Assembly (NCBI GenBank): GCA_028717245.1
Contig: JAQUOD010000008.1
Coordinates: 2,493 to 66,492, forward strand
Direction of reading: 5' to 3'
DNA from: Candidatus Omnitrophota bacterium
GTDB taxonomy: Bacteria; Omnitrophota; Gorgyraeia; Gygaellales; Profunditerraquicolaceae
Length of the DNA: 64,000 bases
Of this stretch, positions 57,317-64,000 are shown in pieces; positions within the stretch are counted from its first letter, which is position 1, and the number at the start of each line of letters is the position of its first letter. Both the position numbers and the translations under genes were made by a program. The notes under the pieces were generated by a model. That model was not told the origin of the DNA. It ran no database searches and saw only the letters and a program-made list of their open reading frames with translations.

Positions 57317-57917
57317 AAATAATCGGCTTTGTCTTACGCAGGGCGCGGAAACGATGGCTCATCTTGTGTTTTACGGCAGGCCCCAGTTGCGCGAAAGTCT
57401 TTTGATATTTAGGGATGACGAATAAAGGGTCATAGCCGAATCCGAAATGGCCCTTTCCGGTAAAACCGATAAAGCCGCTACACTTACCTTCTGTAACTCC
57501 CACTAATCCGTCTTTATCCGCCAGGGCCACAGCACAACAGTAATGCGCCTTCCTTTTTTTAACGGGTAACCCTCCTAAAAGCTTAAGTAATTTTGAATTA
57601 TTCTGCCGGTCGCTCTTGCCTTTCCCGGAAAAGCGCGAAGAGTAGACGCCGGGCTTACCGCCTAAAATATCCACGCAGAGCCCTGAATCTTCTCCTAAAG
57701 TCATCTTTCGGGTAAAGCGAGCAATCCTGACTGCCTTCTTTATAGCGTTCTCGCGAAAGGTCTTGCCGTTTTCAATGATGCGGGGCGGCTTGGGATAGTC
57801 TGCCAGAGAAGATATTTTCAGCCTCAAGGGCTTTAAGATCTCTCTAATCTCCTCTAATTTCTTTTTATTTTTGGTGGCTACTACTAATTCTTTTTTTAAC
57901 TTCGAACATTTAAACAT
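57300..57917 (-). CDS. rdgB: Non-canonical purine NTP pyrophosphatase (RdgB/HAM1)
   Basis: LVVATKNKKKLEEI, ...GEDSGL..., FGYDPLF, SHR motif. Confidence 0.8.
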   Translation of the reverse strand: MFKCSKLKKELVVATKNKKKLEEIREILKPLRLKISSLADYPKPPRIIENGKTFRENAIKKAVRIARFTRKMTLGEDSGLCVDILGGKPGVYSSRFSGKGKSDRQNNSKLLKLLGGLPVKKRKAHYCCAVALADKDGLVGVTEGKCSGFIGFTGKGHFGFGYDPLFVIPKYQKTFAQLGPAVKHKMSHRFRALRKTKPIISTCLK

Positions 57918-57996
57918 TCAAACTTTCTCCCGCTCAGGCTTCTTATATGAAGGCGGGATCCCGCTGGCGTACTTAAATTACAAAGCGGGAAAACAT
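57906..57996 (-). promoter_or_regulatory. Structured intercistronic element, copy 1 (rph stop to rdgB start): four segments S1 tcccgct, S2 ggcggga, S3 tcccgctgg, S4 agcggga with alternative pairings
   Basis: gcgggatcccgc is a perfect palindrome. S1 is the complement of the rdgB Shine-Dalgarno GGGAGA on the mRNA. It repeats at 58726..58823. Confidence 0.5.
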
Positions 57997-58713
57997 TTAA
58001 ACAACATCTTTCAAGAGATTTCTCTGGATATCAATGAGCTCTGCAATTCCCTTTTGAGCTAGCCCCAAAAGCTTATCCATCTGTTCTTTATTGAAGGTCT
58101 TGCGTTCGGCAGTGCCCTGGATTTCTATAAATTCTCCTTTGCCGGTCATTACGATATTCATATCTACTTCGGCCTTGGAATCTTCTTCATAATTTAAATC
58201 CAAAAGCGCATTGCCGCTGACCACCCCTACACTGGTAGCTGCCACAAAGTCCTTAATGGGAATCTTATTCAACTGGCCGTCTTTTTTGAGTTTATGCAGG
58301 GCATCGGCAAGGGCGATAAAGCTTCCGGTGATGGAGGCAGTGCGTGTTCCTCCGTCGCCCTGAATAACATCGCAATCCAACCAGATAGTGCGTTCGCCTA
58401 TGGGTTTCATATCGATGATCGCCCTTAATGAACGGCCCACCAGCCTCTGTATTTCATAGGTGCGGCCGGAATCTTTGCCGCGGTGAATGCGCGTCTGGCA
58501 GGAACGCGGGAGCATGCCATACTCCGCGGTTACCCAGCCTGTGCCGCTGCCTTTTAAAAAAGGCGGCACCGAATCTTCGATAGAGGCGCTGCAGACAACG
58601 CGGGTATTACCCAGCTCTATTAAACATGAACCCTCTGCGTACTTAAGAAAATTACGGCTGATCTGCACCTTCCTTATTTTATCCAATCCCCTGCCATCTA
58701 AACGCACCATCAT
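57997..58713 (-). CDS. rph: Ribonuclease PH
   Basis: [45 protein letters not shown]... Confidence 0.9.
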   Translation of the reverse strand: MMVRLDGRGLDKIRKVQISRNFLKYAEGSCLIELGNTRVVCSASIEDSVPPFLKGSGTGWVTAEYGMLPRSCQTRIHRGKDSGRTYEIQRLVGRSLRAIIDMKPIGERTIWLDCDVIQGDGGTRTASITGSFIALADALHKLKKDGQLNKIPIKDFVAATSVGVVSGNALLDLNYEEDSKAEVDMNIVMTGKGEFIEIQGTAERKTFNKEQMDKLLGLAQKGIAELIDIQRNLLKDVV

Positions 58714-58725
58714 CTCCTCGCTTTC

Positions 58726-58823
58726 TCACTTAACATTTGAACTTTTAAACATTTTCCCGCTATGACCTCTTATATTAGGGCGGGATCCCGCTGGCATACT
58801 TAGATTACAAAGCGGGAAAACTT
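58726..58823 (-). promoter_or_regulatory. Structured intercistronic element, copy 2 (fumarase-beta stop to rph start)
   Basis: Core gggcgggatcccgctggcatacttagattacaaagcgggaaaac is nearly identical to copy 1. In both copies the upstream gene's TAA lies in the conserved ttttaaac end. Confidence 0.5.
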
Positions 58824-59336
58824 TTAAACTTTATAAAGACTCTTTCCTGTTGCGTCTATCCCCACAATTAACGGAAAATCTTTCACCTCTAATTTATAAA
58901 TTGCCTCCGGGCCCAAATCCTTGTAAGCAACTACGGTAGATTTTTTAATATATTTTGACAAGAGCGCGCCGCATCCGGCATAAGTCAAAAAATATACTGC
59001 CCCGTATTTCTTTATGGCCTGTATTACTTCTCCGGAACGCCTGCCCTTGCCGATCATAGCCGATACGCCCTTTTTCAATAGTGCCGGCGTAAATTCATCC
59101 ATTCGGCTGCTTGTCGTGGGGCCGCAGGAGCCGATAACCTTACCCTTAACAGCGGGGGTAGGACCGCAATAATAAATTACCGCATCCTTTAAACCTGGAA
59201 GCGGCCTCTTCTCTTGTATTAACCTCTTATGCGCCTGGTCCCGGGCAGTATAGATAATCCCGCTTAATAGAACTTCCTCGCCTCTTTTTAATTCTTTAAT
59301 TTTTTCTCTGGTTAAGGGTGTATTTATTTTTTTCAT
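58824..59336 (-). CDS. Fe-S hydro-lyase (class I fumarate hydratase/tartrate dehydratase) beta subunit
   Basis: EVLLSGIIYTARDQAHKRL...GPTP..., about 170 aa beta region. Confidence 0.65.
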   Translation of the reverse strand: MKKINTPLTREKIKELKRGEEVLLSGIIYTARDQAHKRLIQEKRPLPGLKDAVIYYCGPTPAVKGKVIGSCGPTTSSRMDEFTPALLKKGVSAMIGKGRRSGEVIQAIKKYGAVYFLTYAGCGALLSKYIKKSTVVAYKDLGPEAIYKLEVKDFPLIVGIDATGKSLYKV

Positions 59337-59404
59337 TCTTAAAATGGGACAGGTACAATCTTAATTTCGCACCAGGTGCCCGATTGAGTTTGTACCAGGT
59401 GCGA

Positions 59405-60238
59405 TTATATGGTTTTGGGGGCGCTGCGTAAAGCGTGACAGCTGATATTTACCGCTACAGGCAGACCGGCGATATGCGTAGGATATGTCTCGATGTTTAC
59501 TCCTAAGCAGGTAGCCGCGCCGCCTAAACCCATGGGGCCGATATTCAATTTATTGATATTATTTAGTAAATCTTTTTCTAATTTGGTCGTTGGTCGTTGG
59601 TCGTTGGTCGTTGGTTTTCTTAATAACGCTTTCTTGGCTAAAAACATGGCGTAATCCGCAGTGCCGCCGATACCCACGCCTACAATGTAGGGCGGACAGG
59701 CATCCGGGCCTGCTGACTTTACTGCCTCCAGAATGAATCCCTTGATTTCATTGATGTCCACCGTAGGATTAAACATTTTTAGCTGGCTTTTATTTTCACA
59801 ACCAAAACCCTTAGGCAAGACAGTTATTTTTAACCTCTTGCCCCTGACAATCTCGGTATGGATTACCACGGGAGAATATCCGGGCTTACCCCTTAAGAGC
59901 GGATTATTAATTATAGAATTTCTCAAGTACCCTTTCTTATATCCTGACTCTACGCCTCTATTTACTGCTGACTTTAAGTCTCCGGAAATTTTTACCTCCT
60001 GGCCGATTTCTAAAAAGACAACCGGTAATCCCGTATCCTGGCAGATAGCCAATCTTTTTCTCCTGGCGAGTCCAGCATTAGCCATAATCGCTCCTAATAT
60101 TTTCTTGGCGCGCTTATTTGTTTCTTTCAAAGAGGCGATTTTGAGTTGCTTAAGGACATCCTTTCTTAAAACCGTATTCGCCCTGATGCATAATTCAGAA
60201 ACCGCGTCCCTGATTTTATGGGCCGGGATTATTCTCAT
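59405..60238 (-). CDS. Fe-S hydro-lyase (class I fumarate hydratase/tartrate dehydratase) alpha subunit
   Basis: AICQDTGLPVVFLEIG..., VGVGIGGTAD, conserved Cys. Confidence 0.7.
   Translation of the reverse strand: MRIIPAHKIRDAVSELCIRANTVLRKDVLKQLKIASLKETNKRAKKILGAIMANAGLARRKRLAICQDTGLPVVFLEIGQEVKISGDLKSAVNRGVESGYKKGYLRNSIINNPLLRGKPGYSPVVIHTEIVRGKRLKITVLPKGFGCENKSQLKMFNPTVDINEIKGFILEAVKSAGPDACPPYIVGVGIGGTADYAMFLAKKALLRKPTTNDQRPTTKLEKDLLNNINKLNIGPMGLGGAATCLGVNIETYPTHIAGLPVAVNISCHALRSAPKTI
59584..59615. repeat. 7-nt repeat (tggtcgt) x4 plus a partial unit inside the fumarase-alpha coding region
   Basis: tggtcgttggtcgttggtcgttggtcgttggtttt; encodes ...PTTNDQRPTTK... on the minus strand. Confidence 0.7.
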
Positions 60239-60633
60239 TCCTTCTTATACTCCCTGATAATGCTGGTGGTTATTCCGCCGCGGGGGTTGAATACACCCTT
60301 AATCTTTACCCAGCGCGGTTTACAGGCAGATACGAAATCATCCAGCATCCGATTAATCACATGCTCGTGGAAGATGCCGATATTACGGTAGAATATGGCG
60401 TACATCTTAAAAGACTTTAATTCTATACAGTATTTATGCGGCACGTATTCAATGCTAATATTGGCGAAATCCGGCAGGCCGGTCTTAGGACAAATGCAGG
60501 TAAATTCCGGGACCTCCAGGCAAACGGTATACAATTTGTCCGGATACTGGTTCTCCCAGACCTCTATGACAGGGGCCTTTAATCTACGGATATTTTTTTG
60601 CCGGCCTTCGTAACTGCTGGTTTTCTTAGCCAT
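60235..60633 (-). CDS. queF: NADPH-dependent 7-cyano-7-deazaguanine reductase
   Basis: EFTCICPKTGLPDFANISIEYVP...ELKSFKMY...FHE. Confidence 0.8.
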   Translation of the reverse strand: MAKKTSSYEGRQKNIRRLKAPVIEVWENQYPDKLYTVCLEVPEFTCICPKTGLPDFANISIEYVPHKYCIELKSFKMYAIFYRNIGIFHEHVINRMLDDFVSACKPRWVKIKGVFNPRGGITTSIIREYKKE

Positions 60634-60634
60634 A

Positions 60635-61312
60635 TTATTTTATCCCTATTCTCGCGTGCAGCTGCGGGATGATGCAGCTGGTAATATCATTTTCGCTGGC
60701 AATACTCTTAAAAGAATCTAATTTTGCGCGCATGCTATTTTCATCTTCATAAGTGTTTGGCTGCAAAATCAGGATGAGAAATTTATTTATCCCGCCGATT
60801 AAACTTAAGGCCCCCCTGATGTCCTCTTCTGTCGTGGAATGGCAGACTACTATTTTTAAGAACACCTCTTTTTTGGATGCCACATCCAGGAAACGGCGAT
60901 GGTAATGCCAGAAATCTTTTAATCCCGTGGAACTAGGCAATTTCAAATCCATAGCTACGATATCCACATAGTCTATAACGTCTTCTAAGGCGCTGTACAA
61001 TATGCCGTTAGTCTCCAAATAATTACTATAACCTTCTTTCTGAGTCAGCTTGAGCATCTCTTTCAAAAAATATTTCTGTAAAAGGGGCTCCCCGCCGGTA
61101 AAGGATATGGTGCGGTGATTATCATGATACAACTTCAGTTCTTCCAACAACTCCTGTGGTTCATATTCCGTGAAACGGTCTAACTGCGTATCGCAGAATT
61201 TGCATTTAAGGTTACAGCCGAAAAAACGCACGAAGATCTGTTCTTCGCCGAAATAAAGGCCTTCGCCCTGCACGCTGCTGAAGACTTCTGTAATTTTTCC
61301 TTTTATCCTCAT
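60635..61312 (-). CDS. queE: 7-carboxy-7-deazaguanine synthase (radical SAM)
   Basis: CNLKCKFCDT cluster motif; about 225 aa. Confidence 0.75.
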   Translation of the reverse strand: MRIKGKITEVFSSVQGEGLYFGEEQIFVRFFGCNLKCKFCDTQLDRFTEYEPQELLEELKLYHDNHRTISFTGGEPLLQKYFLKEMLKLTQKEGYSNYLETNGILYSALEDVIDYVDIVAMDLKLPSSTGLKDFWHYHRRFLDVASKKEVFLKIVVCHSTTEEDIRGALSLIGGINKFLILILQPNTYEDENSMRAKLDSFKSIASENDITSCIIPQLHARIGIK

Positions 61313-61314
61313 CC

Positions 61315-61989
61315 CTATCTGGTTATTAACGGATCGTTTATCCCGGCTTCCTGAAAACCTTTATGGCGGTAATAGCAACTATCACATTTACCGCAAGGGG
61401 ACTCCCCTCCCCGATAACAGGACCAGCTCAGGCCAAAAGGCACGCCGAGTTTACTGCCCAGACGGATAATCTCTGCCTTGCTTTTATGCAGTAACGGCGT
61501 AACTACTTTAATCCCTTTATGCTCAACCCCTGCCTTTGTCCCGCAGTCGATTACTCTCTGAAAAGCGCGGTAGAATGCCGGACGGCAATCCGGATACCCC
61601 GAATAATCCTCACTATGCGCACCGATGAATAATGCCTTTGCCTTTTCCGTCTCCGCAAAAGATAAAGCAAAGCTTAAAAAAATGATGTTCCTCGCCGGGA
61701 CATAAGTTGTGGGTATATATTCGCTTACCCTCTCACGCTGCGGATGCAAGCGGGGAATACGCAGATGCGTATCCAGGAGCGCTGAACCCTTGCGAGGTAA
61801 ACTGATATTCTCTATTATAATAGCACATCCTGCCTTATGTGCTATTGCCCTGGCGCTCTCAATTTCCCGGCGATGGCGTTGATGATAATTAAAAGTCAGA
61901 CAGTGGCACTGAAACTTCTGTTTTTTAGCCAGATATAAAGTTACGGCAGAATCGAGCCCGCCGGATAATAAGACTATGGCCTTTTTCAT
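61315..61989 (-). CDS. queC: 7-cyano-7-deazaguanine synthase
   Basis: AIVLLSGGLDSAV PP-loop; C-terminal Zn-binding CxxC...CxxC. Confidence 0.8.
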   Translation of the reverse strand: MKKAIVLLSGGLDSAVTLYLAKKQKFQCHCLTFNYHQRHRREIESARAIAHKAGCAIIIENISLPRKGSALLDTHLRIPRLHPQRERVSEYIPTTYVPARNIIFLSFALSFAETEKAKALFIGAHSEDYSGYPDCRPAFYRAFQRVIDCGTKAGVEHKGIKVVTPLLHKSKAEIIRLGSKLGVPFGLSWSCYRGGESPCGKCDSCYYRHKGFQEAGINDPLITR

Positions 61990-62345
61990 ATCTCATAATA
62001 AGAGGCGCAGCTGTTATGGCTCTCCCAGACCGTAACTAACTTAAGGCCCTTCACCTTTGATTTAAGATTTTTATAGATATATTGCGCGATATTTTCCGAG
62101 GTAGGGTTAAATTTTCGGAAATAAGCGATATGATTCAAACATTTATGGTCTAATTTTTCCAAGGCCATGTTTATGGCTAACTTTAAATCATGAAAGTCCA
62201 AAATCATGCCTGCTTTATCTAATTTCTCTGCTTCTACGCTGACTTCTACTTTCCAATTATGGCCGTGCAGCTCTTCGCATTTACCTTTGTAAGCGCGTAA
62301 GTAGTGCGCCGAGCTAAAATAGGATTCGATTTTTATACTATACAC
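61986..62345 (-). CDS. queD: 6-carboxy-5,6,7,8-tetrahydropterin synthase
   Basis: CEELHGHNWKVEV motif; 119 aa. Confidence 0.8.
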   Translation of the reverse strand: MYSIKIESYFSSAHYLRAYKGKCEELHGHNWKVEVSVEAEKLDKAGMILDFHDLKLAINMALEKLDHKCLNHIAYFRKFNPTSENIAQYIYKNLKSKVKGLKLVTVWESHNSCASYYEI

Positions 62346-63135
62346 TGCTCACCTTTTTTACGTCGGATAACGGCGTGCCTAAAAACCTCCCCGCTACATC
62401 AGCGAACCACCTGGTATTATCGCTGACGTAGAATTTACGCCTGGCTCTGCGGGGGGCCATATTCAGCAGGCGGCACTCCGCGGAAAGAATCTTTTTTACT
62501 TCTATAGCTACCTGTTTAGCGGAATCAATAAGCGTAACGCCGCTGCCTAATGCCTCTTTGATTACCGGTTTAAGCAGAGGATAATGCGTACATCCTAAGA
62601 TGACCGTATCCACGCGCGCATTCTTCAGGGGCTTAAGATATTTTTTAGCCACGTTTAAAACCTCACTGCCTGAAAGCCAGCCTTCTTCGGCAAAGGGCAC
62701 GAATAAAGGACAAGCAACAGCCGTAACTTTTATTTTCGGGTCAAGCTGCCGGATTTCGTTTTCATAGGCGCGGCTCTCGATGGTGCCGCGCGTGCCGATA
62801 ACGCCTATATGTTTATTCTGCGTGGCATAAACCGCCTCACGCACCCCTGGCGTAATCACCCCTATTATAGGCACGCGAAAATGGCTCTTGATTACCGGTA
62901 AGGCAATGCTGGATACGGTGTTACAGGCAACACAGATTAGCTTCACATCCTGTTTCAATAAAAAAAGGATATTCTCTATGGAAAATTTGATGACCGTTTC
63001 TTTGGATTTGATGCCGTAAGGCACGCGCGCGGTATCTCCGAAATAGATGATGTCTTCGTAAGGCAGCTGCCGGATTAATTCCTTAACCACAGTCAGGCCG
63101 CCCACGCCCGAGTCAAATACGCCTATTGATTTCAT
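62338..63135 (-). CDS. murI: Glutamate racemase
   Basis: IGVFDSGVGGLTV, DTARVPYG, CNTVS, GCTHYPLL. Confidence 0.85.
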   Translation of the reverse strand: MKSIGVFDSGVGGLTVVKELIRQLPYEDIIYFGDTARVPYGIKSKETVIKFSIENILFLLKQDVKLICVACNTVSSIALPVIKSHFRVPIIGVITPGVREAVYATQNKHIGVIGTRGTIESRAYENEIRQLDPKIKVTAVACPLFVPFAEEGWLSGSEVLNVAKKYLKPLKNARVDTVILGCTHYPLLKPVIKEALGSGVTLIDSAKQVAIEVKKILSAECRLLNMAPRRARRKFYVSDNTRWFADVAGRFLGTPLSDVKKVSSV

Positions 63136-63998
63136 CGCTTGGCAACCTCCGTAAACGCAGAATTCCTGATATAATTACGTATCCCCTGCTCTATGCTTTC
63201 AGCTAACTGCTGCCGGTAATAACCATTATTAATCAGGCGCTCTTCGTTATAATTGGAAAGATAACCTACCTCAATTAAAATCGCCGGCATATGCGCGCCT
63301 TTCAAAACATAAAAGGGGCCGTTTTTTACGCCCAGGACCTTAGTGTTTAAATTTTTGTCTATGGTGCGGCAAACATAGCGGGATAACCTTAATGCATCCG
63401 CGCGGTTAGAGGTATAAATCATATCCCAGACTGTTGCTTTTAGATTTAAAGACGGGGACTGCGCAAAAGAAGACCTGTCTATATCCGGCGGCGCCCCCTG
63501 CCTTGCGCTATCTAATGCCCGTTTGGAATCATTTACTGCGGTAGTAACGCAATATACCTCAAAACCGCTCAGGCTCCTGACTCGGTTGGCATTGGCATGT
63601 ATGCTGATAAAAAGGTCTGCCTTTGCATTATTAGCTATCGCCACCCGGCGCGAAAGCGGGACAAACGTGTCGCTGGAGCGCGTCATTATCACTTCCAGGC
63701 CGTCGTTTTTCAAGAGATTAGCTAATCTCTTGGCAATATCCAGATTGACATATTTTTCCTTTAAGCCCCTTTTACCGATAGTACCCGGGTCATTTCCGCC
63801 ATGCCCGGCATCGATAACGACCTTCCTTATCCTGGTTAAAGGCACGCTCTGCTTGGCATAAGTTTTCCCAAATAAAGAGTCCAAAACCTGTTCTTTGAAT
63901 TTATAGGGCACGACTACTGCGCCTTGATACAAATCAACGGGGTGTTTAAGATATTGTCCCACGCCATCTACCAGAATGAGCCTCTCTCCTACCATCAA
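63132..63998 (-). CDS. N-acetylmuramoyl-L-alanine amidase (Amidase_3, AmiC-like)
   Basis: VVIDAGHGGNDPGTIGKRG, SIHANA, conserved Glu region. Confidence 0.8.
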   Translation of the reverse strand: MMVGERLILVDGVGQYLKHPVDLYQGAVVVPYKFKEQVLDSLFGKTYAKQSVPLTRIRKVVIDAGHGGNDPGTIGKRGLKEKYVNLDIAKRLANLLKNDGLEVIMTRSSDTFVPLSRRVAIANNAKADLFISIHANANRVRSLSGFEVYCVTTAVNDSKRALDSARQGAPPDIDRSSFAQSPSLNLKATVWDMIYTSNRADALRLSRYVCRTIDKNLNTKVLGVKNGPFYVLKGAHMPAILIEVGYLSNYNEERLINNGYYRQQLAESIEQGIRNYIRNSAFTEVAKR

Positions 63999-64000
63999 AT

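Noticed and set aside
60235-62345. queD-queC-queE-queF operon as a notable finding
   Set aside because: It is a standard queuosine-precursor biosynthesis operon with the expected gene content, so it is annotated as features only.

Overview
This is a bacterial chromosomal window with a backbone of roughly 47-50% GC. Almost all genes are on the minus strand, and it reads like a Gram-negative-type organism rich in lipoproteins, TolC-type and AsmA-type proteins. I could not identify the taxon, so gene symbols are family-level guesses.

The backbone genes are:
- A partial EF-G gene at the window start, in one open frame with an unusual 341-aa N-terminal extension.
- A frameshifted Kef/NhaP-type antiporter with a C-terminal PTS EIIA(Ntr)-like domain.
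- Two tandem cold-shock genes.
- A TolC-MacA-MacB efflux operon preceded by AbrB-like and XRE regulators with a perfect palindromic operator.
- A tightly packed nine-gene cell-envelope or aminolipid modification cluster.
- A second efflux operon (TolC-like, HlyD, two ABC ATPases, two ABC-2 permeases) whose TolC ORF carries an in-frame N-terminal winged-helix domain, preceded by two palindromic operators.
- NrnA, 2-oxoacid:ferredoxin oxidoreductase (korAB-like), a B12-binding radical SAM enzyme, plsC-fabF, an L,D-transpeptidase, and a SIMPL protein.
- At the right end, a tRNA-His/Arg/Pro cluster, two AsmA-like proteins, rdgB, rph, class I fumarase alpha/beta, queDCEF, murI, and an AmiC-type amidase.

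The region 40.1-53.0 kb looks like an integrated island next to tRNA-His, and it is where the most unusual structure sits:
- A RhuM-Fic/Doc fusion and a RelE/MazE-type toxin-antitoxin pair.
- A family of GC-rich, hairpin-rich repeats with several partial copies.
- Two near-identical 492-bp inverted repeats at 43727-44218 and 50658-51150. They bracket an AT-rich 6.4-kb cassette.
- Inside the cassette, a C-protein-controlled restriction-modification operon (PLD-family nuclease, a 295-aa partner, Vsr, Dcm C5-methyltransferase) and a three-gene operon of unknown function with a TIGR04255-like protein.
- A large serine recombinase gene bracketed by perfect 92-bp inverted repeats. The right copy contains the recombinase C-terminal codons and touches the CCA end of tRNA-His.

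Other recurring elements are a diverged ~190-bp repeat with inverted-repeat ends (5049-5240 and 25680-25850, in inverse orientation), a ~30-bp motif found five times, and a ~90-nt intercistronic element present twice in the fumAB-rph-rdgB gene string that has alternative pairings and contains the rdgB Shine-Dalgarno sequence. A 7-nt repeat (4 units plus a partial) sits inside the fumarase alpha gene. I saw no rRNA genes and no CRISPR array.
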